The notes beneath the pieces are model-generated. The model searched no databases, was not told the origin of the DNA, and saw only the letters and a program-made list of their open reading frames with translations. A program made the translations under genes and the position numbers. Shown here one piece after another: positions 25,593 to 33,694 of a stretch of DNA of 44,669 nucleotides. The stretch lies in IMG/VR virus record IMGVR_UViG_3300046531_000422; one strand, given 5' to 3'. Position 1 is the stretch's first letter; each line of letters starts with the position of its first letter. The DNA is from a virus.

Positions 25593-27131
25593 CTATTCAT
25601 TATTAACACTTAATTTCTTAGATGTCAAGTTTTTTTTATCAATTTCATCATTTTCTTTGTCAATTTTCTTAATTTCATCATCTTCATCAAGAATATTGTA
25701 CTTATCAGCTATAGATGCCAACCCAGATTCTTTTGACAAAACTTTAGCACCCTGCGTCAATATGGATAATGTTTGTGCTTCCTGGAAGTCATCCATAGGT
25801 GTTGGTGGGTACCAAGCAGGCCAGTCTAAAAGCATTGTACTGGATGCATCCGTCATTTTTTCAACACTTGGTAAAACACCATCATAATTTATTTGGTAAA
25901 GACCGGTGCTACAAATTTTCAATACCATCTGCAATAGTTTTAAAAGTCCCTTCTCTCCATAACATATTCTCAATTCATCAACTAATGACACAAGCGGAGA
26001 ATTCAACATTTGAAGTGCTTTACCGCTATTTATAGCATTTATCTTGTCAGGGTTTGACCTATTACCTCTGAGTGTTTCTAGAGAAAACTCACGCAAACAT
26101 TTTACAAATTCTATGACTGCTTTTGTACTAGAATTTGTTATTTCAAGCAGTTTTGCATCACCATCTTTACCAACCATTAATGCACCAGCACCCTTAATAA
26201 GCTCATTATCTCGCAATCCAGACGGCTCTTTAATAACCATAGTAGGATCAGCATTGTAATGAAGAACACGCGCCAAATGACTAAGCTGATAATCAATTTC
26301 TATACACATATCAAGCGCTGGTCTAAATGTGCATTCTCCATCAATATCATTAGATATAACTGAATTTTTCATCCAGACAATTGGAACAAATCCAATGTTA
26401 TGAACTGTAGACCTTACGTCATCTCTAATAAGTGTTTGATCTGTTGAATCAACTAAAATCGGCTTGTAATAAATTTCTTCTGTATCAGTCCATTCCCGCA
26501 TAACCCAATAATAATTTTTCAATTCTTTTTCTGGTATATCAAAACCTTTCGCTCTTAATACTTCTCCTCTTAGCTTATTTCTTTCTTTAACATTAACAAG
26601 AACTGATGGACTTTCTCTATCAAATACAGGTATCAAATTCATTGTAGACATAACGTCAAAATGAAAATCCCCATTTAATACTTTAACAACCGTACAAACG
26701 CTACCGATTGAACCAGTACGCGCATTATTTAACATAACTGCATTAAGATTTGATTTGCGAGTTATATATTGGAGAAAATCTTGAGTTTCATCATCGTCAT
26801 CATCACACCTAACCATCGGATAATGACCCTCACCAAATAGCATAGATACTGAATCGTTAACGATAATGCGCGGGATTCCATAAATAACACATGGTCGTCT
26901 TTTTAGAAGCGGTATGTACTTCTCTTCACCATATTCATTATGCCAAGGTTGCAACATGTCATAAACAGTACCATTAAAAAAAAGATTGAATAGATGAAGT
27001 TTACATTGACGCTCTGACCAATCTTTATCAACAACGATACAAAATCTTTCAAGCATGACATTCAAAAAGCTATCAGAGTAATTCCCTGAACTTTTACCAT
27101 TAAGAATATTGTGTATGTTTTCCATTGTCAT
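25593..27131 (-). CDS. Portal protein
   Basis: 512 aa, upstream of scaffold/MCP, acidic C-terminal tail. Confidence 0.75.
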   Translation of the reverse strand: MTMENIHNILNGKSSGNYSDSFLNVMLERFCIVVDKDWSERQCKLHLFNLFFNGTVYDMLQPWHNEYGEEKYIPLLKRRPCVIYGIPRIIVNDSVSMLFGEGHYPMVRCDDDDDETQDFLQYITRKSNLNAVMLNNARTGSIGSVCTVVKVLNGDFHFDVMSTMNLIPVFDRESPSVLVNVKERNKLRGEVLRAKGFDIPEKELKNYYWVMREWTDTEEIYYKPILVDSTDQTLIRDDVRSTVHNIGFVPIVWMKNSVISNDIDGECTFRPALDMCIEIDYQLSHLARVLHYNADPTMVIKEPSGLRDNELIKGAGALMVGKDGDAKLLEITNSSTKAVIEFVKCLREFSLETLRGNRSNPDKINAINSGKALQMLNSPLVSLVDELRICYGEKGLLKLLQMVLKICSTGLYQINYDGVLPSVEKMTDASSTMLLDWPAWYPPTPMDDFQEAQTLSILTQGAKVLSKESGLASIADKYNILDEDDEIKKIDKENDEIDKKNLTSKKLSVNNE

Positions 27132-27175
27132 TTTTATTGCCCGATCTTCTCTATCATTGTGCTCTTAATTGGTTA

Positions 27176-27415
27176 TTATCCATTATTCAATCCTTCTGTA
27201 ATTTTATTTCTTAAATAAGTAAGAATTTTAATATTGTCGTCTATAAATCCTAATTTTTGAAGATTTTTATAACATTTATTTTTATCTCTTGTCATCTTTT
27301 TATCAATTTTTAAAGTTACAATTTCGTCTCCCTGCTCAAAACTAAAACTGGAAGATATAAATTCACAATCTTCAATAAATGACATTGCAAAACTTTTTAA
27401 TTCGTCACTTATCAT
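27176..27415 (-). CDS. hypothetical protein
   Basis: ORF between TerL and portal; ATGA coupling with upstream ORF. Confidence 0.5.
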   Translation of the reverse strand: MISDELKSFAMSFIEDCEFISSSFSFEQGDEIVTLKIDKKMTRDKNKCYKNLQKLGFIDDNIKILTYLRNKITEGLNNG

Positions 27416-27627
27416 TTATCTTTTTTCTTGCCAAGTATTTTATTAGCTTTCGCCTTAATCTTAGCGGCCGTAGACGGTGAAAGCTTACCTTTGTTTACCA
27501 TCTGAGTAGCGCGTGCTTTAGCATTAGCAGCATGAGATTTGTCAGGCATTGGATACTTTCGTTCAGAAGGTATGCCAAATGTGCTTTTAGATAGTGAATT
27601 TCTTTTTTTAGTCGTTAGTTTTGCCAT
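27412..27627 (-). CDS. hypothetical basic protein
   Basis: KYPMPDKSHAANAKARA motif seen in small conserved phage head-module proteins (recognition by memory only). Confidence 0.5.
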   Translation of the reverse strand: MAKLTTKKRNSLSKSTFGIPSERKYPMPDKSHAANAKARATQMVNKGKLSPSTAAKIKAKANKILGKKKDK

Positions 27628-27637
27628 TTTATTATCC

Positions 27638-27991
27638 TTAAGTTACTTGGAAAAAATTATCATCTTCTTGACTAGATTCAGATTTTTTTTTCTTCTTATC
27701 AAAATAAGAATCAATTTTTTTCTTTAAATCTTTTTCTATCATTCTATCTATCTCAAATTCCATTTCCTTATATTTAGAATCTATTTTTTCATTAATCAAT
27801 TTTTTAACTTTATTTTTGCAGGCATCTAAAACCTCATCCTTAAGTATTTTTTCCATTACTGTATTAAATTTATCTCCAATTATTTTTTCAACACATTCTT
27901 TTGTTGCGGCAACAAAATAGTTAGCAATCTCAGCATGATTATCTAAAGTGAAACTTTTCAATTCAGATTCAAAAGACCAATCTTTTTTCAT
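27638..27991 (-). CDS. hypothetical Lys/Glu-rich protein
   Basis: ORF with GGAGG-like SD. Confidence 0.5.
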   Translation of the reverse strand: MKKDWSFESELKSFTLDNHAEIANYFVAATKECVEKIIGDKFNTVMEKILKDEVLDACKNKVKKLINEKIDSKYKEMEFEIDRMIEKDLKKKIDSYFDKKKKKSESSQEDDNFFQVT

Positions 27992-28061
27992 TAAATCCTC
28001 CTATATTATGTAATCTTACAAAATAAATGCTTACGTTTACATAGCCAATTTATTTTTACTC

Positions 28062-28265
28062 CTAATGAACCGTTGAATTTTGTTTTTCAGTAAGTTGGTT
28101 TTCAAATATCGTTAATAGAATAAATTGAGAAACGTAAAAAATGTCCTCAGCAATATTTGAAAATGCAATAATGTTTTTGAAGTGGTCATATAAAAACCAG
28201 TTGTCTATAGGTATTTCAATTGTAAATATAGAAAAGAACTGCTCTTTAGTGACTTGTACTAGCAT
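28062..28265 (-). CDS. hypothetical protein
   Basis: Abuts TerL stop. Confidence 0.45.
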   Translation of the reverse strand: MLVQVTKEQFFSIFTIEIPIDNWFLYDHFKNIIAFSNIAEDIFYVSQFILLTIFENQLTEKQNSTVH

Positions 28266-28266
28266 C

Positions 28267-29811
28267 TTATCTCGCCATAATATTAATATTCCTCGAATAT
28301 CCCGTACGATTCATCAAGAATATGTAATTAAGCGCCTGGCTCATTGAATCAACCGCATCATCATGCGCAGCTTTCGGAAATGTTTCTACTTCGTCACAAA
28401 ATCTCTTTAACCAGTTAGCGCTTTCTGGTAGAAAAACTCTCCCGTTTTCAATAAATGGCGAGATAGAATGCACTCTCGACTCTTTATCATTCCCCATTGT
28501 TTTATAGGGATAAATAGGCAATCTTGTCTCTCGCTTAAGCGCTTGTATCAAACTCTGACCACTCGCACAATCTTCTATAATTATCTGATTCGGATTGTAC
28601 TCATTCGCATCTTTTATCATTTCTCGCAATAAGTCAGGAAATCCTAACTTATACCACGATATAGATACCAAAAAAGCACCTTCATTATTGACGCCCCAAT
28701 TCTGGCGAACACTAAAATCGTTATCCTGACCTTCTTTAAAAGCTGTATCCCATGATTGAATCAGATAATCAAAAGCAGGCCTAATAACACGATGATTTAC
28801 GTCGTATTCTGGTTTAAAGTATCGCCACCATTCGTTCTTGATTATACCACCGCCACGAGGAACAGGGCGCTGCTGTAATTGTCCTGCTGTACCATATGTT
28901 CCAAGCGATATTTTATAATCTTCTACAACTTCTTTAGTGAAACGCTCAGGAAATAATAACTCACCTTCTTCTGTTCGTGGATCAGAAAACCCTATAAATG
29001 TAGTACATTTACGTGATTTTTCAAATTCCATGGGCAACATTAAATGTTCATAGCCCAAATTTCTAGATAGAACAACACCGCTTGTATCATTCTCTGCAAG
29101 TCTCTGCATAATCATGACAATTGCGGATTTTTGAGGATTAATAAGACGTGTTGGTACAGTTTCACATACCCAACCTTCACGAGATTCTAAGATTGTTTTG
29201 GATCTTGCATCTTCAACACTCAAAGCATCATCAATAATTAATCGATCACCACGCGAACCCGTTAATGAATTAGCTGCACATGCTTCTCTAAATCCAAGCA
29301 AACTATTTTCAAACTTCCCTTTAGCATTTTGATCTTTTAATAGCTTAATTTGAGGATATTCTTTTTGATACCACTCGCTTAATACCAATCTACGCATTTT
29401 AAGATTATCGCGAAGCGCAAGTGTTTCTTTATGAGATGTACTGATATATCGATAATGACCTAAACCTTTAACCGCCCACTCCCATGCTGGCCAAAACACG
29501 CACGTTAGAAGAGACTTCATGCAACCTGGTGGAATGTTAATAACAAGTCTAGTGATCTGACCTTCAGTAACAGCAGTTAAATGCTCACATACTGCGTCTA
29601 TATGCCATCCATGCACATATTGTGCACCTGCCTCTACAACACCCCACGCACGCTTAATAAACTCATTTAGCGGCAAACTTTGTTTTTCCATCATCAGTAG
29701 ATGATGGTCTAGTTCCGCGCGTTCTTGCTGTGTCAAGTAACGCACCAATTCGTCTATTTCGCTCATCTGCTGTGAGGTTTTCTCTATACTCAACCGGCCC
29801 TCCATTTGCAC
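28267..29811 (-). CDS. Terminase large subunit
   Basis: Walker-A-like INIPPGCMKS, DRLIIDD Walker B, C-terminal nuclease DD motifs (HDDAVDS); start uncertain (149-nt overlap with TerS; Met40/41 at 29694/29691 possible). Confidence 0.9.
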   Translation of the reverse strand: MQMEGRLSIEKTSQQMSEIDELVRYLTQQERAELDHHLLMMEKQSLPLNEFIKRAWGVVEAGAQYVHGWHIDAVCEHLTAVTEGQITRLVINIPPGCMKSLLTCVFWPAWEWAVKGLGHYRYISTSHKETLALRDNLKMRRLVLSEWYQKEYPQIKLLKDQNAKGKFENSLLGFREACAANSLTGSRGDRLIIDDALSVEDARSKTILESREGWVCETVPTRLINPQKSAIVMIMQRLAENDTSGVVLSRNLGYEHLMLPMEFEKSRKCTTFIGFSDPRTEEGELLFPERFTKEVVEDYKISLGTYGTAGQLQQRPVPRGGGIIKNEWWRYFKPEYDVNHRVIRPAFDYLIQSWDTAFKEGQDNDFSVRQNWGVNNEGAFLVSISWYKLGFPDLLREMIKDANEYNPNQIIIEDCASGQSLIQALKRETRLPIYPYKTMGNDKESRVHSISPFIENGRVFLPESANWLKRFCDEVETFPKAAHDDAVDSMSQALNYIFLMNRTGYSRNINIMAR

Positions 29812-30232
29812 CTGTAATTTCTGTTTTCTTCGTATCCCCGTATTTATCTTTATTCATAATACTCATTAATTTCATCATATGAGCAGCACGCATATTGCAG
29901 CGTTGAACACGTGCAGAATTTGGCATTAATCCATGTTTCCCCATGATCATATCTTGAGAATCGTCCTCCAAAGATTCAAGCACATAATTAGCTTGAACCT
30001 CAGTCCTACAGCGCTGTGCGCGTGTGTACATCTGCAAAAAGTCTTCCTTGTCACGTATCCATCCGTATATAGTTCTAGCACACGGCCAGTGTTTACATTC
30101 TTCTGTTTCGCATAATCTTTCAAGACTAGAATAAGTAACAGAAACAACATCACAGATATCTTTAGCCAATTGTTCTGTATATTTCGTAGGCCTACCGAAC
30201 GGTTCTTTGCGTTTTTTTGTTGTTGTCATCAT
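29663..30232 (-). CDS. Terminase small subunit
   Basis: N-term GRPTKYTEQLAKDICD...TIYGWI HTH typical of TerS; directly upstream of TerL. Confidence 0.75.
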   Translation of the reverse strand: MMTTTKKRKEPFGRPTKYTEQLAKDICDVVSVTYSSLERLCETEECKHWPCARTIYGWIRDKEDFLQMYTRAQRCRTEVQANYVLESLEDDSQDMIMGKHGLMPNSARVQRCNMRAAHMMKLMSIMNKDKYGDTKKTEITGANGGPVEYRENLTADERNRRIGALLDTARTRGTRPSSTDDGKTKFAAK

Positions 30233-30416
30233 TTTTAACCGTTACTTTTTTATATCTACAATTTTGTACTTCGATTTGAATATCTTCTATTTTATGAGTT
30301 TTAAGTAATTGTTTAATCTGACTTTCTATTGATTCTGCATCTTTCTTAGCAGCTTCATAAGACAACTTATAGAGTAATTATTCTAACATTCTATTTTTAA
30401 TCTCTATTAAAATTCA

Positions 30417-30497
30417 GTGCGAAAGAGTCTAAAATTTATCTGCATGCATTGTACTCCCTCGCACCCGACATATACAGTATTAAACCTGACATGTCAA
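30417..30497 (-). promoter_or_regulatory. Candidate leftward (late-operon) promoter plus 5' leader hairpin
   Basis: Minus strand TTGACA (30492-30497), 17 nt, TATATG (30469-30474); then an 11-bp stem 30454-30464/30417-30427 that is perfect only on the minus-strand RNA (2 G-U). Confidence 0.35.
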
Positions 30498-30553
30498 GTA
30501 AAATATATCAATTCCTTAATTTCAACTAAATACGAAATAAATGCAAATAAAAG

Positions 30554-30582
30554 TAGACTGAGTCTAATTTGTATAGTATGAT
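30554..30582 (+). promoter_or_regulatory. Early promoter with 13-bp palindrome TAGACTGAGTCTA over the -35
   Basis: TAGACT 30554-59, 17 nt, TATGAT 30577-82; palindrome 30554-30566; motif recurs at 31353 and 36487. Confidence 0.6.
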
Positions 30583-30636
30583 GTCTTTATCGAGTGACAG
30601 AGGGTTACTTGAAAACAAAAAAACGGAGATTTAAAG

Positions 30637-30903
30637 ATGATTAACTTAGCCATTGAAAATATGACAAAAAAAATTGAGCAACTCTGTGTTTTGCAAGAAA
30701 TATTTGGATACAACGTAAAAACTTATAGATCATTTTTTTACTTTGAATTTGCTTGTGAAAAACCAGCAAAAAAATTATTCAAATTACTAAAAGAATCTAT
30801 AGGCAAACACATTTCTATTGATCTTGTATCTGATGTTGAATTTGTCGATGAAGAAACTGGTCTTGTTTCACCCGCATATTGTAGTGTTCGAGTATCAGCT
30901 TAA
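30637..30903 (+). CDS. hypothetical protein
   Basis: GGAG SD; first gene after promoter. Confidence 0.6.
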   Translation: MINLAIENMTKKIEQLCVLQEIFGYNVKTYRSFFYFEFACEKPAKKLFKLLKESIGKHISIDLVSDVEFVDEETGLVSPAYCSVRVSA

Positions 30904-30924
30904 TAATCCAAAAGGAGTAATGAA

Positions 30925-31125
30925 ATGAACACACCAAAATATAAAGTAGGTCAATATGTAAATTATACAAATGATTACGGAGTAAAATTAAGAGGAGCAC
31001 GATTAATAAAAAAAATAGCAGATGAGTCAAATACATTAAGTCAATACGGAGTTCATTATTTTATAGAATGCGATTCTCCCTGGTGTCCAGTTAGCGAAAA
31101 AAATCTTTCACCAATATCTGAATAA
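30925..31125 (+). CDS. hypothetical protein
   Basis: AGGAG SD. Confidence 0.55.
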   Translation: MNTPKYKVGQYVNYTNDYGVKLRGARLIKKIADESNTLSQYGVHYFIECDSPWCPVSEKNLSPISE

Positions 31126-31139
31126 AAAGGAAAATAAAA

Positions 31140-31349
31140 ATGAAGAAATCATACGAAGAAATTAAAGAAATACTTGTAAAAGCATATAGGCACGATCGAT
31201 TGTATGGGCGCGGAGACGACTATGGAGATTATGTAGTAAGTAAAAGATATCAAGACTATTTAGATGGTAAAAACGATGATGAGATACTAATTTCACGACA
31301 CGACAGTCACACTCGAGAAACGATTTACTTTGACATATTGAACAAATAA
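31140..31349 (+). CDS. hypothetical protein
   Basis: AAGGAA SD. Confidence 0.55.
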   Translation: MKKSYEEIKEILVKAYRHDRLYGRGDDYGDYVVSKRYQDYLDGKNDDEILISRHDSHTRETIYFDILNK

Positions 31350-31352
31350 AAG

Positions 31353-31381
31353 TAGACTCAGTCTAATAATTAAGATATACT
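31353..31381 (+). promoter_or_regulatory. Early promoter with palindrome TAGACTCAGTCTA over the -35
   Basis: TAGACT 31353-58, 17 nt, TATACT 31376-81; upstream context aaataaaag identical to the site at 30554. Confidence 0.6.
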
Positions 31382-31418
31382 GTTTATATCAGTTCACAAC
31401 AACAAAGGAGACTTAAAA

Positions 31419-31637
31419 ATGAACAACAAAACAGTCAGAGAATTAGAAATTGAATTAATTGTTTTAAACATACAAAGAAAAAGCATTGAAAAATCAAATG
31501 CAGTAAAAAGCAATTTTCCAGAAATAAAAAGAACTTTTACCTGGAGGAAAAGAGGGGGTGGTGGAATTAGAGACCTAGCAAAGTTCTCTGCAGAAATTAA
31601 TAAAGAATATATCAATAAAGGAGAAACAAAATGTTAA
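31419..31637 (+). CDS. hypothetical protein
   Basis: AAGGAG SD; preferred over antisense ORF 31394..31615. Confidence 0.55.
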   Translation: MNNKTVRELEIELIVLNIQRKSIEKSNAVKSNFPEIKRTFTWRKRGGGGIRDLAKFSAEINKEYINKGETKC

Positions 31638-31951
31638 AAATAAAAAATATTTATACAGACGAAGTAATTGAATCAATAAAATTCAATACAAACTCATTAG
31701 TAATGAGGGTTATATTTGAATACTTGGGAATTGAAGGAGTCTTTGTTACTAGCCTACAAATCAGAAAAGACGGAAGATCAGAAATTATTAATAGATTCTC
31801 AATTTGTATTAATAGTGACAAACAAGAAGTATTCAAGACAATCAAAAAGCTAAATATAGACATCTCTGAAATTTCAACAAATTTTTACATTTTAGTAAAA
31901 GATGAAATTGAGAAAAAAATTGGAAATAAAGCAAATGAGTATGGAATTTAA
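31631..31951 (+). CDS. hypothetical protein
   Basis: AAGGAG SD, overlaps upstream stop. Confidence 0.55.
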   Translation: MLKIKNIYTDEVIESIKFNTNSLVMRVIFEYLGIEGVFVTSLQIRKDGRSEIINRFSICINSDKQEVFKTIKKLNIDISEISTNFYILVKDEIEKKIGNKANEYGI

Positions 31952-32004
31952 CAAAAAAGGAGATACTAATCTCACATCATGACAGTCACATAGGAGAACT
32001 AAAA

Positions 32005-32163
32005 ATGAAATATCAAAAAGCAATAATTGGACGACAAATAGAAACATCTCGTAGACGACGAGCTATGAAGAAATGGCTTAGAACAAGGAATATAGAATAT
32101 ACGATGAAAGATCAATACAACGAAAAAGCACTCATTAAATTAATCAAAAAAAATATAATTTAA
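32005..32163 (+). CDS. small basic protein (52 aa)
   Basis: TAGGAG SD 8 nt upstream; MKYQKAIIGRQIETSRRRRAMKKWL...; below track cutoff. Confidence 0.4.
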   Translation: MKYQKAIIGRQIETSRRRRAMKKWLRTRNIEYTMKDQYNEKALIKLIKKNII

Positions 32164-32182
32164 TCAACAAAGAAGAAACAAA

Positions 32183-32413
32183 ATGACAACCTTTAAAATT
32201 GAAGTACCTGGCAACTACTTAACACGTGGTGGCGAAACAGTAAAAATATTACAAATAAATTCTGAAAAAGCACCAATTTGGTATAGAAATTATTGTTTAG
32301 GAGAGAAGATAGCAGGACAATTTAAGGGCTGTAGGTTCATCTGGCAAAAGTCTGGAGAGATGCATGAAGGACGAAAAAGTGATAACGATATCGTTAAATA
32401 CCTTTCAAATTAA
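32183..32413 (+). CDS. hypothetical protein
   Basis: ORF in operon, weak SD. Confidence 0.5.
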   Translation: MTTFKIEVPGNYLTRGGETVKILQINSEKAPIWYRNYCLGEKIAGQFKGCRFIWQKSGEMHEGRKSDNDIVKYLSN

Positions 32414-32438
32414 ACATAATACAAAAGGAATTCTTAGA

Positions 32439-32627
32439 ATGCTAACAGAAGAACAAATAAAGTGGGCAAAGCAGCATGACTGGTTTTGTTGTGATAATAA
32501 CGATGGATCGATACATGTATTTGATCAGCAAATAGAATGCGATGATCATTTTGAGTACAAATACATTAAAACATTCAATAATTTTAAAGAATTACAAAAA
32601 TGGGCAGAAAACCAAAATGGCACTTAA
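32439..32627 (+). CDS. hypothetical protein (start moved to Met26 of ORF 32364..32627)
   Basis: AAGGAA SD upstream of ATG 32439. Confidence 0.5.
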   Translation: MLTEEQIKWAKQHDWFCCDNNDGSIHVFDQQIECDDHFEYKYIKTFNNFKELQKWAENQNGT

Positions 32628-32931
32628 CATAAAAAACATCATTTCGAAAATCAACAAAGAGAGAGTTAAAAAACTAGATGAGTTACCTTATTCTTTTTCT
32701 TCAAAAGAAGTAGAAAAAATAGAGTTATTAATAGAAAAATATACCAAACAAAAAAAACTATTGATAAGCGCTTTTTATGCAGCGAATGATTTTGCAAGCT
32801 TATCAATAGAAAAAACTAGATTTTGCAAAGATGAATATAACAGAAGGATTAAATACAGATTTGAAAATAATGCAGAATTGACTGAACAAATGGTTATTAA
32901 ATGTTTGAAAAAATTAAACTTAACAAACTAA
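32617..32931 (+). CDS. hypothetical protein (start moved to Met26 of ORF 32542..32931)
   Basis: ATG 32617 overlaps the upstream gene end. Confidence 0.5.
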   Translation: MALNIKNIISKINKERVKKLDELPYSFSSKEVEKIELLIEKYTKQKKLLISAFYAANDFASLSIEKTRFCKDEYNRRIKYRFENNAELTEQMVIKCLKKLNLTN

Positions 32932-33189
32932 TCTACCCAAAGAATTTCTGATTTCTTCTTCAGTAGCTATTCTATACGCGTGAGAATTTTTTTCATTCAC
33001 AGTACAAAAATCATTTTCATATCTATTAGAGCCACACTGAATATCTTGATAATGTTTTTTGATTCCAGTTTTAAGTTCAGTTGATAGCTTTACTTTACGA
33101 AATTGAAGCGCTTTAAAAAATTGAATCAATTGTTTAAATCTATATTGATGATTATCACATCTTGAGAACTGTTCAATTTTTTTCGCCAT
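32920..33189 (-). CDS. small Cys/His protein, RCxxHxxxF family member A
   Basis: N-term SRCDNHQYRF shared with ORFs 33685..33906 and 34130..34345. Confidence 0.5.
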   Translation of the reverse strand: MAKKIEQFSRCDNHQYRFKQLIQFFKALQFRKVKLSTELKTGIKKHYQDIQCGSNRYENDFCTVNEKNSHAYRIATEEEIRNSLGRLVC

Positions 33190-33200
33190 AATTTACTCAT

Positions 33201-33262
33201 AAAAAAATCCCTTGGATTAGGCATGCGGTCTATTAATTTTTAACATGCTTACTGCCAAGGGA
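33201..33262 (-). terminator. Intrinsic terminator (minus strand), GGGA-U7 type
   Basis: Stem tcccttgg 33208-15 / ccaaggga 33255-62 with inner gcatg/catgc stem; U7 = 33201-33207; ends 12 nt before the ATG of ORF 32920..33189. Confidence 0.55.
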
Positions 33263-33313
33263 GCTATTCTGTTACACTATACTTACCTCGTCTACCCAAG
33301 GTAGAAGGAGTTG

Positions 33314-33338
33314 AGCCAACGTTACGCGTTGGCTTTTT
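33314..33338 (+). terminator. Strong plus-strand intrinsic terminator
   Basis: agccaacg / cgttggct 8-bp GC-rich stem, 5-nt loop, then ttttt. Confidence 0.65.
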
Positions 33339-33339
33339 A

Positions 33340-33537
33340 TTACCTTAAATTTTTCTTAATTAACCCACCAACAAAAAATAATATTGCAACAATAAAAACA
33401 GCAACCGGTGCCCACAACGGCATAAATATATAAAACCATTCCCAATAAATGCAATGCGTCAATTTTAGAACAAGAAACATTATAAAAAGAACAATTGGAA
33501 AACCCATATTAAGATCAATCGAAGTTTTTTTATTCAT
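33340..33537 (-). CDS. small membrane protein (2 TM; ATG start at Met5 of track ORF, which starts at TTG)
   Basis: Two hydrophobic segments FPIVLFIMFLVL and APVAVFIVAILFFVGGL. Confidence 0.45.
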   Translation of the reverse strand: MNKKTSIDLNMGFPIVLFIMFLVLKLTHCIYWEWFYIFMPLWAPVAVFIVAILFFVGGLIKKNLR

Positions 33538-33617
33538 AACAATTAACAATCAAATATATAAACAATTAACAAAAAGCATTTAGTAACAGCCTACACATTT
33601 TTGGAAATAACTAAAAT

Positions 33618-33694
33618 TGGTCTGTGTAGATGGATTTGAACCACCGAACTCCTGCTCCCAAAGCAGGCGCGTTACCAAGCTACGCTATACACAG
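33618..33694 (-). tRNA. tRNA-Pro: tRNA-Pro (anticodon UGG), CCA encoded
   Basis: Hand-folded cloverleaf: acceptor CTGTGTA/TACACAG, D stem GCGT/ACGC, anticodon stem CCTGC/GCAGG with loop TTTGGGA, T arm GGTGG-TTCAAAT-CCATC, A-CCA 3' end; 77 nt. Confidence 0.85.

Noticed and set aside
5342-29947. About 30 track ORFs antisense to or out of frame with the late genes and other confident genes (for example 484..756, 2748..2936, 5342..5566, 5858..6040, 5922..6149, 8034..8231, 10106..10300, 13253..13519, 16099..16407, 16782..17084, 17205..17507, 24080..24829 group, 25561..26259 group, 29933..30153; also 30815..31036, 31394..31615, 31651..31863, 34301..34483, 37613..37801, 40608..40799, 42721..42993)
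   Set aside because: They lie fully inside longer ORFs with recognisable phage functions or better operon context. They lack SD sequences and have low-complexity or Cys/Phe/Leu-biased compositions typical of antisense frames in AT-rich DNA.
30192-30365. 57-codon minus-strand ORF upstream of and overlapping terS (LSYEAAKKDAESIESQIKQLLKTHKIEDIQIEVQNCRYKKV...)
   Set aside because: The sequence looks protein-like, but the only possible start is TTG with no SD, and it overlaps terS by 41 nt in another frame. Support is insufficient.
33263-33338. Short plus-strand sRNA ending at the strong terminator 33314-33338 (two hairpins, ctacc-caa-ggtag and agccaacg/cgttggct)
   Set aside because: I could not find a convincing promoter: TATACT at 33288-93 has no acceptable -35. 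The terminator may simply stop read-through of the rightward operon that ends at 32931.
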